Source: Candidatus Woesearchaeota archaeon
GTDB lineage: Archaea > Nanobdellota > Nanobdellia > Pacearchaeales > GW2011-AR1
Direction: 5' to 3'
Assembly (NCBI GenBank): GCA_964514585.1
Contig: CAZETU010000001.1
Coordinates: 82,523 to 146,522 of the forward strand
Length of the DNA: 64,000 nucleotides
The position numbers and the translations under genes are program-made. Below are positions 20,318-30,314 of this stretch, piece by piece (positions within the stretch are counted from its first letter, which is position 1; each line of letters opens with the position of its first letter). The notes under the pieces were generated by a model. It saw only the letters and a program-made list of their open reading frames with translations, did no database searches and was not told the origin of the DNA.

Positions 20318-20923
20318 TCACTTTTCGCGTTTTGACCGTTTTATCTTAACCTTTACACTCTTAATTACCATGTTTTTAACATTTTCAGGCACAAATAGCC
20401 TCTTTTTACCGTTTACTTCCCTAGATTCCTCTATTAGCCCCCCATTTTTTTGTTTTATAGTGTTAATCTGACCTCTAATAGTGCTCTTATCCTTCCCTAG
20501 AAGAGCGGCAAGATCCTCATAACTCAATTTCATATCAGAATTCAATAAAGCCCACACAATAGCCCTCTCCATCACTGTAAGGTTCTTTAAAACGTCTGTT
20601 TGAACATCCGTTTGCCCACCTGTTTGGACATCAGCAGCCATTGTTTGTTTTGCCGCACTCGTTTGTGGTTGTTTGGACATAGCAGCCGAAGCCTGTGGCC
20701 CAAAGAAAGAAACAAAATCTTTTAGCTCCATAAGATCCTCATGAATAGTCAAAAGTTGATCTTTTATATTAGTAATTTCATCCTCATGAGAACCATGTTT
20801 ATCGTCGAGATGCTTAATCCATTCCCCAACTTTATTAAAATCTTTCTTGACATGATTAAAAGAATCTTGAACCTCTTCTCTTAACTTTTCAACCCTCTTT
20901 TTATGTCTAAATAAGCCCAACAT
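20318..20923 (-). CDS. Coiled-coil / Q-T-rich linker / C-terminal winged HTH protein, same architecture as 19237-19968
   Basis: LTVMERAIVWALL...LSYEDLAALLGKDKSTIRGQINTIKQK. Likely start is ATG 20923 (MLGLF); the ORF track extends it to 21025. Confidence 0.8.
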   Translation of the reverse strand: MLGLFRHKKRVEKLREEVQDSFNHVKKDFNKVGEWIKHLDDKHGSHEDEITNIKDQLLTIHEDLMELKDFVSFFGPQASAAMSKQPQTSAAKQTMAADVQTGGQTDVQTDVLKNLTVMERAIVWALLNSDMKLSYEDLAALLGKDKSTIRGQINTIKQKNGGLIEESREVNGKKRLFVPENVKNMVIKSVKVKIKRSKREK

Positions 20924-21255
20924 CTTACTGTTTCTTAAACAACATTCTTTATAAATGTTTCGTGCTGTTTGAACAACCACTCCCCCAAAACACCCATTTA
21001 AACACCAAAACACCCCTTTGCCCAATTAAAAAACACCCATCGTCCAATCCTTAAACATTAACTTTTATCGACGGCAACAACACTTAAACACCCACTTAAA
21101 CACTAAATAAATTAAACATAAATTTAAACAGCCGTTTAGGGCCCGTTTGAACAACTTTAAGCATCGATCCCGTCCAAACACCCAGTAAAATCCAATCCAA
21201 TTCGCGCCCAATTCAAGGCCAAAAAAGTTATAAACTTCAAAACCATCGTTTAAAC

Positions 21256-21549
21256 ATGCAGTTAAAAAAAAAGTTGATATACTCGGCAATCGCCGCTTCA
21301 GCGGCGCTAATCACATCAATTTTGATCCCCATCGTGCCATGTAGGCTTGCCCCAGCTGTCCCAAACCCAACATACAAATGGACCCTCTGCTCTCTTAATC
21401 CAGACATTCAAACTTACTCCAATTCAATCAAAGAATTCTTCGGCTACACTTCTTCATTAACTGACTCATATTTCATAGTTCTCCTATTAGCATTTGGAAT
21501 AGCAATGGCATTTTTCCACTACACGACAAGGAGAAAAAAAGACAAATAA
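21256..21549 (+). CDS. Small membrane protein with Cys pair
   Basis: N- and C-terminal TM segments; VPC...WTLCSL. Confidence 0.65.
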   Translation: MQLKKKLIYSAIAASAALITSILIPIVPCRLAPAVPNPTYKWTLCSLNPDIQTYSNSIKEFFGYTSSLTDSYFIVLLLAFGIAMAFFHYTTRRKKDK

Positions 21550-21558
21550 GGAGGCAAA

Positions 21559-21750
21559 ATGGAAGATAATAGCTTAATAGGAATCTTAGTTTGGATTGTT
21601 GGAATCTTAGTTTCTCTTGCGGTCGGCGCAGGCATGATTGACAAAACATTAACAGTTCCCGCAATCCCAGAAATCATCACAATTGGCGCAGGCTGGGTGG
21701 TTGTAGTGGGTTCAATTATCAGCGTAATCTTAACGATTTTCAAAAAATAA
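21559..21750 (+). CDS. Small 2-TM membrane protein
   Basis: 63 aa; Shine-Dalgarno-like GGAGG just upstream. Confidence 0.7.
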   Translation: MEDNSLIGILVWIVGILVSLAVGAGMIDKTLTVPAIPEIITIGAGWVVVVGSIISVILTIFKK

Positions 21751-21822
21751 ACCTTCTTTTTTATCCAAATGTTTGTTGGATATAATCCTTCTTTTGGCCC
21801 CAAATTTCAATAAAAAATCAGC

Positions 21823-22199
21823 ATTATTCACAAAGCACACCTAAGTGCACAACCGCCAAGCACCGAGACAGATTTTAGCAAAAACACCGTCCTTAAAAAT
21901 CACCTTTATATGGGGCAGCAGCATCGTCTCTTAGAGACAAAATAAGCGCAACCATCAGCAAAACAAAACCAGGAAACCCAAAAACCAAAGTGTTTCCCAT
22001 GGCCTCACTAAAAGTAATCTCAGACGAACTACTAACAAGAGGCATGCTAATCATCGACAAAGTTATACCAAGAACCCAACCAATACCGACGCTAAGTGTC
22101 ACAATCAGCCCTCTTTTCATTCAACCTAAAGACAACAATAGTTTTTATACTTATCCAATATTATTCACAAAGCACACCTAAGTGCACAACCGCCAAGCA
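21823..22199. repeat. 40-bp exact direct repeat (21823-21862 and 22160-22199) flanking a small ORF
   Basis: ATTATTCACAAAGCACACCTAAGTGCACAACCGCCAAGCA occurs twice. Confidence 0.9.
21893..22120 (-). CDS. Small 2-TM membrane protein
   Basis: 75 aa hydrophobic ORF between the 40-bp repeats. Confidence 0.6.
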   Translation of the reverse strand: MKRGLIVTLSVGIGWVLGITLSMISMPLVSSSSEITFSEAMGNTLVFGFPGFVLLMVALILSLRDDAAAPYKGDF

Positions 22200-22263
22200 A
22201 GGACAAAATCATCAAGCACACGACCACCAAAATCCTTAAAAATTTACACCCCAACTAACCAAA

Positions 22264-22503
22264 ATGACACCCGAAAATAAATGTTACAAAGAATGTTATT
22301 ACAGACGCCGCCACGACAAATTCTCCGAAGATGTTTGCGTATATGGAAGAATCCCCATTCCTTCTCCATTCGCGGGTAAAATCTGTCTCTACTATCAAGA
22401 TGAACAAGGCAAACCTCCAACCTTTCTAAAGCTTCATGTTCCAAGCTCATCCGAAACACCGCCCCACACTAAAAATCTTATTGAAACCATCAACGCCATT
22501 TAA
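22264..22503 (+). CDS. Small Cys-containing hypothetical protein
   Basis: 79 aa with four Cys; ends just before an AGTTCGCACAA site. Confidence 0.5.
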   Translation: MTPENKCYKECYYRRRHDKFSEDVCVYGRIPIPSPFAGKICLYYQDEQGKPPTFLKLHVPSSSETPPHTKNLIETINAI

Positions 22504-22504
22504 T

Positions 22505-22704
22505 AGTTCGCACAATCCACAATTTACCCTCAATAACCGCAAAAGTTCGCCCCAGCAGATTGTACGATCTTGAAAAGTTTGTATAATCTGCGCGTATTGT
22601 GCGCTCTTTCTACAAAAGTTCGCACAATACAGATTGTATGACGTTCTTCCATTACAAAACGAACGGAATTAGCCCGTTTGCACAAACTTTTTAATATGCG
22701 AACG
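22505..22704. repeat. Cluster of Xer/dif-like recombination sites (11-6-11 bp)
   Basis: AGTTCGCACAA-TACAGA-TTGTATGACGT (22617-22644); an inverted variant at 22576-22607; a degenerate copy at 22544-22570; a half site at 22505. More half sites at 23406, 23618 and 23985. Confidence 0.6.
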
Positions 22705-22718
22705 TCTTCAAAACGAAC

Positions 22719-23201
22719 ATGATAAAAAAGTGCGTCAATTGTGCAGAAGAGAAAGAACATCACGCCAAAGGCCTCTGTTACACCTGTTACAAAAAGCTCA
22801 AATGGCAACCAAAATTTGCCACATGCAAACGATGCAAACGAAAGATGCCCCTCCACGCCAAAGGCCTCTGCGCCGGCTGCTACAACTACATCTTCCACCT
22901 AGACAAAAATAAAGCCTACAACCAACGAAAATCAAACAACGTCGACCTCAAAACCTTCAGAAAAGTCACCAAAGAATGCGCCATCTGCGGCTTCGACAAA
23001 ATCGTAGATCTCCACCATATCGACAAAAATAAACAAAACAAATCCCCAAAAAACCTAATCGGCCTCTGTCCAAATCACCACAGGATGATCAACAACTTCA
23101 ACTTCCGAAACGAAATCTTCCAATCTCTAAAAGAAAAAGGCTACGACCTCCCCATCGACGAGAAATTAACCTTCCACAAAACCACTTCACCCCAAAACTA
23201 G
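22719..23201 (+). CDS. HNH endonuclease with N-terminal Zn-binding repeats
   Basis: Two CxxC...HAKGLCxxCY repeats; CAICG...LHHID...NLIGLCPNHH. Confidence 0.85.
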   Translation: MIKKCVNCAEEKEHHAKGLCYTCYKKLKWQPKFATCKRCKRKMPLHAKGLCAGCYNYIFHLDKNKAYNQRKSNNVDLKTFRKVTKECAICGFDKIVDLHHIDKNKQNKSPKNLIGLCPNHHRMINNFNFRNEIFQSLKEKGYDLPIDEKLTFHKTTSPQN

Positions 23202-24008
23202 AATCCACCCCCAACAAATTTTAACCACCCCCCAACAAATTTTTCACCCCAATCCCAACACTTTACTCGTTTTCAAATAAAAAATCAATTCTAGGCCCCT
23301 CAAAACGCGAAATCCCCCAAAATCCCCTCACTTCCAAAAATCTAAAAATCCATTTTGTCAAAAATTTCCACAAAAATCAAACAAAATCCAAAAATCCATC
23401 AAAATAGTTCGCACAACCCCCAAAAATAAAATTTTTTTAAGTGAAAAAGTGAGAGTTAGCAAAAATAAAAAATGACATTTTTAACAAGAAAAGTGAGCTT
23501 CAAAAAACAGATCAAAAAAACAAGGGTTTTAGTAGTAAAGTGAGTATCAAATTTAAGCACAAAATTCCATTTTACCGTCGATAAAACCAATTTTTACACA
23601 CAGTGTCGTCATTCTAAAGTTCGCACAATCCACAAGCTCCTCTAAACATAACCCAACCAATTTACACACAAAACCCACACAAATAAACTAAAACTAAAAC
23701 TAATCGTTAAACCGAATATCGAAAATTCCCAAAACCTTACTTACAACTTCATCCCCAAAAGAAAAGCATCAAAATCATCAAAATCAATTTCACCATTATT
23801 AACATATTCCCTAAACACTTCCCGAACGCCGTCCTCTTGCCCAGGCTCATAACCAAAAACAAACTCCTCCCCGCCCTTATACAAAGTAAGACTCCTTCTC
23901 ATAAATCCCCCAAAAAACCAACTCTTTTAAATTTTCCCAATCACACACAAAACTCTAAATACCAACCAACCCTCAAAATCCCGAGGTGCGCACAATCCAG
24001 TGCAAAAT

Positions 24009-24827
24009 ATGGAAAAAGAAGAATTTCTAAAAAAACTAGAGGTAGAATTGAAAATTTCAAAGAACTCAAATTACACCGTTCGTAACTACGTCCAAGCAAA
24101 CCAAACCCTAATCAATTCCTCAAACAAATCCCCAGACGAACTAACAACCGACGACGTCAAACTCTACATGTCCGAAAACCTAACCGACCGCGCCGCAACC
24201 TCAATCATCCTCTTCCTAGCCGCAATCAAATATGCCCACTCTAACATCCTAAACCAAGACATCACCGCCTCAATCAAACGTCCCAAAAAAGAAAAACGCC
24301 TCCCAATAACATTATCAAAAGAAGAAGTAAAAAAACTCCTAGACAACCTCCACACCCAAAAATCAAAACTAATGATCAGCCTAATGTACGCCTGCGGATT
24401 CCGAGTCTCCGAGCTAGTCAATCTAAAAATACAAAACCTAAACTTCCAAGAAAAAATCGGCCACATCCGCCAAGCCAAAGGAAACAAAGACAGAATCTTC
24501 AATATCCCAGACTTCCTAATAGACGACCTCCAAGACCACATCAAAAAACAAGGAAACGAAGAATTCGTCTTTACAGGAAAATCAAAAAACCTCTCAACCA
24601 GAAACCTCCAAAAAATCGTTTCATCCGCCGCCAAAAGAGCAGGTCTCCAAAACATCCACTGTCACACCCTCCGCCACTCATTCGCAACCCACCTCCTAGA
24701 AGACGGCGTCGACATCAGAAAAATCCAAGAACTCCTAGGCCACGCCGATCTCTCAACAACCCAAATCTACACCCACGTCTCCACTGAAGAACTCAAAAAA
24801 ATCAAAAGTCCAATAGATTCACTCTAA
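24009..24827 (+). CDS. xerA: Tyrosine recombinase, XerA-like
   Basis: SAM-like N-terminal domain; GFRVSEL, AKGNKDR, HTLRHSFATHLL, LGHADLSTTQIY. No integron-integrase insertion. Start at ATG 24009 (MEKEEF). Confidence 0.9.
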   Translation: MEKEEFLKKLEVELKISKNSNYTVRNYVQANQTLINSSNKSPDELTTDDVKLYMSENLTDRAATSIILFLAAIKYAHSNILNQDITASIKRPKKEKRLPITLSKEEVKKLLDNLHTQKSKLMISLMYACGFRVSELVNLKIQNLNFQEKIGHIRQAKGNKDRIFNIPDFLIDDLQDHIKKQGNEEFVFTGKSKNLSTRNLQKIVSSAAKRAGLQNIHCHTLRHSFATHLLEDGVDIRKIQELLGHADLSTTQIYTHVSTEELKKIKSPIDSL

Positions 24828-24839
24828 ATAATTAACTTA

Positions 24840-25271
24840 TTATTTTTTATGTAACATATATATCCAAATTATAAAAATAAAAAATAAAATTCCAGTAAAA
24901 TAAAAAATAGATTTTAAATTTCTAGTTGCAGATAAAAATATGGGCGCGTTATAATAAATAGATCGAATGCGCTCATCTTCAATTAACTCTAAAAATATTT
25001 TTTTATTTACTTTCGCAGAAAACTTACTTTTTGAAATATTTCTAGTCACAATATCAACAACATTTTTCTCAAGCAATTCCAAAATCAAATTATCATGGTC
25101 AGTCTCATTATTAAGATAAATTATTAAATTAACACGTTTGTTAAAAATTCCATATTCATCCAAGACTCTCTTTTCGTAAATTACTCCAACATCACTTACA
25201 AATAAATTGGCGCTGACAAAATTTATCATCAACCCAAAAATTAAAATTAAAATTAAAATATTGATTTTCAT
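24840..25271 (-). CDS. Secreted membrane-anchored hypothetical protein (possible protease-prodomain-like fold)
   Basis: Signal peptide, C-terminal TM, very AT-rich; the fold is a guess. Confidence 0.6.
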   Translation of the reverse strand: MKINILILILIFGLMINFVSANLFVSDVGVIYEKRVLDEYGIFNKRVNLIIYLNNETDHDNLILELLEKNVVDIVTRNISKSKFSAKVNKKIFLELIEDERIRSIYYNAPIFLSATRNLKSIFYFTGILFFIFIIWIYMLHKK

Positions 25272-25418
25272 GCATATCTAAAACATAATAGAAATTAATA
25301 CTTATCTATTTCCTTCTCCATGAGAAGACGTGCGCGTTGAAAACGCCACGGCTTATTATGGAAGTAACCTAGCCCAACCCCAAAAATCAAAACGGCGCAA
25401 TTCACTTGCGCAGGCTTT

Positions 25419-25476
25419 GGAATCTAATCCTTTGCAGAGGATTCCCTAACGATTTTTTCACCAGAAAAAATGTTAA
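25419..25476. repeat. Dispersed double-hairpin repeat, copy 1 (others at 43760-43816 and partial 44511-44543)
   Basis: GGAATCTAATCCTTTGCAGAGGATTCCCTAACGATTTTTTCACCAGAAAAAATGTTAA versus GGAACCTAAAATTCTGCAGAATTTTCCCAATGATTTTTTCACCAGAAAAAATGTTAA. Confidence 0.8.
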
Positions 25477-27200
25477 CTACCTTACCTCCCGCTTCACAAT
25501 CCTCTGATAAATCTTATCCTGAAACTTCTTCGGCAACTTCTTGTAAATATCATTTATCTTCGCGTGCAACCTAACCGCGTCCTCTTTTCTGAATTCATCC
25601 TTCGCCTTCTCATACTCCTTAACCAAATTCATAACATCCCTCTTATTTATCACCAACCGCACCCGACCAATCTCCTTATAAAAATACGGCTTACACTTCT
25701 CAGGCAAAACCTTGTAAATCTCACCCATCTTATGATAATTATCCCGCGCCGCCTCAACATTATTCTCCCGAACAAACATCTTACTCTGACTAATCAAATC
25801 CAAAATCCGAACAACATTAGGCTCCTTCTTCCAAGTCTCCATCTTCACCTTCCCAAAAATAAAAAACCCGACATACCCCAAGAATAAAAATCCAACCAAA
25901 AAGAAAAACGAGAAGAAACTAAGCCCCTCGCCAACCCCAATAAAAAACCCAGTCATCATATTACCATCTCCACCTTCATCCTTAAATAAAATACTTTCGG
26001 TCGCCTCAATATTCGTCAATTTAAAATCATCCTCAAAATAATAAACAATATTATCCCCATCCAAGTCCCCAGTATTCAACTCCCAAATCCCCTCGCCAAG
26101 ATCCTCACCTTCAGAAACAAAAACAACATCCCCAGAAATACCCTCAGGAATCACCTCCAAAATAATCCCATCAAAATTCAAATCATCAAAGTCCATATTC
26201 TTACTAACCAAAACAATATCCTTAGTACTATCCAAATATTCAATACTCAACTTCAAAGCCTCGACATTCATCCTCAAATTATTCTGCAACTCCTCATTAA
26301 AATCAACCAACCCATAAAGCGCGCTCTTCTTAATACTAAGCCCCTTAGCCGCCATATAATCCGAAATCACTTCCTCAAGCGAAACACCAAGGCTACTCTT
26401 CGAATACTCATAACTGTCCTCAACACTAATCCCCAAAACAATATCATCCTTCATCACATCAATCTCATCATAAATCTCCCCAATCCTAACAGTCCTCTTT
26501 CCCTCCTCCATAAACTTCAAATTAAACTTCAAATCCTGATCCATCTGCACCAACTGCTTCTTATAAAAATTCATATTCTCGCCCAACCCAAGAATCTCCA
26601 AAGCCCGTTGTTCATCGGCTCCCAAATTATCCATATCTTCCAAAAAATCATTAATACCATCAATCAAATCCTGCACCAAATCTTCCTTATCATAACTATC
26701 GGGCTTATCAGTAGCCCTCAACACAACATTTTCCTCTCCATCAGTCTCAACCTCAAACCCATTAAAATCCTCACCTTCATTCCCAGCCGCATCATAACAA
26801 TTAACCTGCCAAATATAATAACCATCATCAAAGTCAACCAAAAGAAGATTCTCTTCCCCATTATTATTAAGATTATCCTCAAAAGCCAAATTCTTATTAG
26901 AACTACCAAGAGGGAAAAGCAACTCCTTTTGAGCATAAGACCCACCAGAACTCTTGGTCGCATTATACAACTCAAAACTACAATTCACAACATCAACATC
27001 ATCATCAAACTCATACTCAAACTCAATAGTCGAATTATCAACAACCTCATCCCAAGCAGGATAAATCAAATCAACATCAGGACTCTCATCGTCACCATCA
27101 TCATCCACAACAGTCAGTTTACCAAAATAAATATCAGAATAAGGTTTACTATTGATCATAATGCCCCTTAACCACACATCATGAGTTCCCTCATTAAATA
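25477..27200 (-). CDS. Acidic extracellular Ig-like protein with TM and cytoplasmic helical tail, apparently 5'-truncated
   Basis: WQVNCYDAAGN Ig/Fn3-like strand and a TM near the C-terminus. No signal peptide; coding-like composition ends at about 27200. Confidence 0.65.
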
Positions 27201-27551
27201 TCAGACGATAATGATGGGGTTGATGAAACATTTACACTAGATGGTTCTCATGAAGCAGGTGAAAGTTACGTCCACGATATGTTTTATACAAACAACTTAC
27301 AATTTACAACAGGTGAGTGCTTAAGTACGACAATTTTCGATAGCACAGGAAGCGCTGGAGAAGACAATTTCGAAGAAGTTCTTTTATATGAGCCAGTAAG
27401 TGAATCGGTAATATTTGCAGCAATACTAGATGAGGCAGATACTTCAGGTTTCGATAGCAGGTTTCACGATTTCGAGATGCTTGTTTTAGAAGACGGTCAC
27501 GGAACAAATATAGCAACTACTACCTACTACTTTTACGTAGAGCTAGAGTAA
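27198..27551 (+). pseudogene. 5'-truncated paralog of 27601-28341
   Basis: Frame is open from 27198 (ISDDNDGVDETF...). C-terminus FEEVLLY...VIFAAIL...FDSRFHDFEMLVLEDG...YYFYVELE aligns with the downstream gene. Confidence 0.75.
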
Positions 27552-27600
27552 TTTTATTTTTTTATTTTTTTATTTTTTGAAAGAGAAAGCACAAAAAAAG

Positions 27601-28341
27601 ATGGAAACAAAAAACCAAAACCAAAAACTAGAAGAAAGACTAATAGTCTTTACATTACTTCTTCTATGTCTAACATTATCTTCTATCTTTGTTATGGCAA
27701 CACCAACAGGACCATCATCCATTAATATTACAGCCAACGAAACTGGAACAACGACTGCTGCCGAAATGGTTAATATTTCCGGAGGATATATCTCAACGAT
27801 AAACATTACCGCATCAACGCAAAATCCTCATTGGAAAGCCTTTGTTGGTTGGATCGATGGAAAATTTACTTTAGATGATTCAAGCGGATCAACCATTTAC
27901 GATTGGACTTTAAGTACTGTAAGTGGCGAGGTTTATGCAACAAGAGAATCAACCGCAGTTGAATGGACTACGGTCAATTGTGCAAACGAAACTCACATAA
28001 CAACAGAAGATACAGCACTTGAGCATACAGGAGAAGATGATATCAATGCAACATTCTCAGGAAACAACAGTAATACTTTTGTAGTCGCAGGAACAACGAT
28101 AGCAGCCCAAAATTGTTCCGCAATTAATACATATGTAGACAATGAATCACAAACGTCAACATTTGAAGAAGCAATATTATATGATTCTACAGGCTCAGAT
28201 TTAATTTTCGCAACAATTTTAGAAGAAGATGAAGACGGATTCGATGAAAATGATTATGATTTTCAAATGATTGTTCCAGAAAACGGAAATGAAACATTTA
28301 CTGGGGCAACAGCATATTACCTATATGTAGAATTAAGCTAA
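27601..28341 (+). CDS. Secreted acidic beta-rich protein of unknown function
   Basis: Signal peptide, PTGP N-terminus, many NxT/S sequons, one Cys pair, C-terminal YYLYVELS. Confidence 0.85.
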   Translation: METKNQNQKLEERLIVFTLLLLCLTLSSIFVMATPTGPSSINITANETGTTTAAEMVNISGGYISTINITASTQNPHWKAFVGWIDGKFTLDDSSGSTIYDWTLSTVSGEVYATRESTAVEWTTVNCANETHITTEDTALEHTGEDDINATFSGNNSNTFVVAGTTIAAQNCSAINTYVDNESQTSTFEEAILYDSTGSDLIFATILEEDEDGFDENDYDFQMIVPENGNETFTGATAYYLYVELS

Positions 28342-28347
28342 TGAAAG

Positions 28348-29337
28348 ATGACAAAAAAAAATGAAGTAGTAATTGGTATTGGATTAATTTTCTTAGAAGT
28401 TTCACTTCTTTTCGCACTATTTTCCTTTATACCATCAAATGTAATCGCAGGAATTGGGAACCCAAATACAACAGTAATTACACTATTAGAGATAGGAAAC
28501 GTTTATCCCGATGTTATATATGTAGATATTGACGGCGGAGCAGCCTCCGTAACATTAACTCCAAATGACACAACAACCGTCACTTGCACAGGGGTCGTAA
28601 GAGACTATAATGGAGACGCAGATGTAACGTCGGCCAATGCAACATTATATGGGTTAACAAGTTCATCTTTCGGCGATTCAAATGATAATAATTATCATTA
28701 TCAAAACACATCATGCGAACTAATAGCAGATACAGGGGATTATGCAGGATTTACAGACGATCCTTACCACTCTCTAGCCAATTGTACATTTGAAGTGGAA
28801 TACTACGCAAACCCAGAAACATGGGTGTGTAATATAACAGCCAATGATACAATGTATTGGACAGATACTAACGAAAGCACAATAATAATTTCCCAATTAT
28901 TAGCACTAGGTTTACCAGATACAATAAACTATGGAAGAGTAAACGCAACATTTGTATCGAATGAGAATGTCACAAATATCACAAATTATGGAAATGTAGA
29001 AATCAATATATCTTTAGAAGGTTATGGCGTAACCCAAGGAGACGGTCTCGCAATGAATTGCACTTTGGGAAATATTGGGACAATAGATATTATGTACGAA
29101 AAATACAATTTATCAACAACAACAGCAGGAGACATATCTCTTTCAGTATTTGAATCAACTTATACAAATTTATCAACAACTCCAGAAATAAAAGAATTTA
29201 ACTTAAACTACAGAACAAACGATACGGTAAACAAAGCGATAAACGCATCATACTGGAGAATTTATGTTCCAATAGGCGTCGCAGGAACATGTAACGGTTC
29301 GATTATATTCGGCGCAACAACAGCAGCCGGAAGTTAG
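28348..29337 (+). CDS. Secreted glycoprotein-like protein with Ig-like domains
   Basis: Signal/TM, six Cys, many NxT sequons. Confidence 0.85.
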   Translation: MTKKNEVVIGIGLIFLEVSLLFALFSFIPSNVIAGIGNPNTTVITLLEIGNVYPDVIYVDIDGGAASVTLTPNDTTTVTCTGVVRDYNGDADVTSANATLYGLTSSSFGDSNDNNYHYQNTSCELIADTGDYAGFTDDPYHSLANCTFEVEYYANPETWVCNITANDTMYWTDTNESTIIISQLLALGLPDTINYGRVNATFVSNENVTNITNYGNVEINISLEGYGVTQGDGLAMNCTLGNIGTIDIMYEKYNLSTTTAGDISLSVFESTYTNLSTTPEIKEFNLNYRTNDTVNKAINASYWRIYVPIGVAGTCNGSIIFGATTAAGS

Positions 29338-29349
29338 TATTATTTAAAA

Positions 29350-30267
29350 TTATTTTTTAAAATGCATTCTTTTAGATAATGTGCCCTTGTCTCCAAACAC
29401 ATTATAAATTTTAGTTAATTCAGTACTATGGGCTATTGTCGCAGCTTCTCCTTCTAATGGAGACAACCCCCTTGGGGAGCATGTAGCTCTTAAGTCAATC
29501 ATTTCACGATTATAAACCGCCTTAGCCACATCTCGCTCCTTTCCTCTTAGGTAGTTAGCAAATCTTCTTCTAAGTCTGATTGGCATAGAAGTTCTATTCC
29601 GATAATCACCATCTGCAAAATAAGTATTATCACAAAAACCCATAACATGTACATGATCAACCGGCGAAAATTCTCCCCCATCTCTTCCAAAATGCAACTT
29701 AAATAAAACTTCCCTCCCCCTCCATCTAATTGAACATAACTTAGAGTGATTCTTCTCATTTATAACATATGCATCATTCAGTCGATCAGAATTCCACCTA
29801 TGCCATAATCTATAATGAGGACATCCTGTGGTATCTCCCATCGGGAAAGGTCCCCTGCACACAATTTTGTCCTCCATACCATTATCTCCACTAAGGGCAC
29901 AAGCCCCAAGTATTTCATGCGGATCTTCTACATTAGGAGAAACATAAGACAGCCTAATATATTCACAGGTAAGAGGATATTCTAAACCATTATCATTTAC
30001 ACCCCTATCTAAATCCCCCCTCGGCCTTGAAGCCTGTTTTCGTATATGCTCATAAAGAAGTCGTTCACCAAGCGGCTTCCCCTTCATTCTTATTTGATGA
30101 GGAGAATTATTATCTGCATTCATCATAAGTAAACCAAACAAATCCAGTCTTCTTCTTCTGTTCTCATCACGAATTTTCTTCTTTCTCGCACGCGTTGCAC
30201 GTTTTCTAAAATTAGGCCCACCTCTTCGTTTTTTAAGATTGGATCCACCTCTCATCTCCAAAAACAT
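29350..30267 (-). CDS. Hypothetical protein with very basic N-terminus
   Basis: 305-aa ORF; composition lacks the usual skew. Confidence 0.6.
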   Translation of the reverse strand: MFLEMRGGSNLKKRRGGPNFRKRATRARKKKIRDENRRRRLDLFGLLMMNADNNSPHQIRMKGKPLGERLLYEHIRKQASRPRGDLDRGVNDNGLEYPLTCEYIRLSYVSPNVEDPHEILGACALSGDNGMEDKIVCRGPFPMGDTTGCPHYRLWHRWNSDRLNDAYVINEKNHSKLCSIRWRGREVLFKLHFGRDGGEFSPVDHVHVMGFCDNTYFADGDYRNRTSMPIRLRRRFANYLRGKERDVAKAVYNREMIDLRATCSPRGLSPLEGEAATIAHSTELTKIYNVFGDKGTLSKRMHFKK

Positions 30268-30314
30268 CCAAATCTCTATTTAAGTATTTATATCCCAAAA
30301 AGCATAATATTATC

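Noticed and set aside
22530-22898. 122-aa minus-strand ORF
   Set aside because: Antisense to the HNH gene and runs through the dif-like repeat cluster.
21800-24827. Canonical integron
   Set aside because: The recombinase lacks the IntI-specific insertion and no paired RYYYAAC/GTTRRRY attC ends were found; reported instead as dif-like sites.
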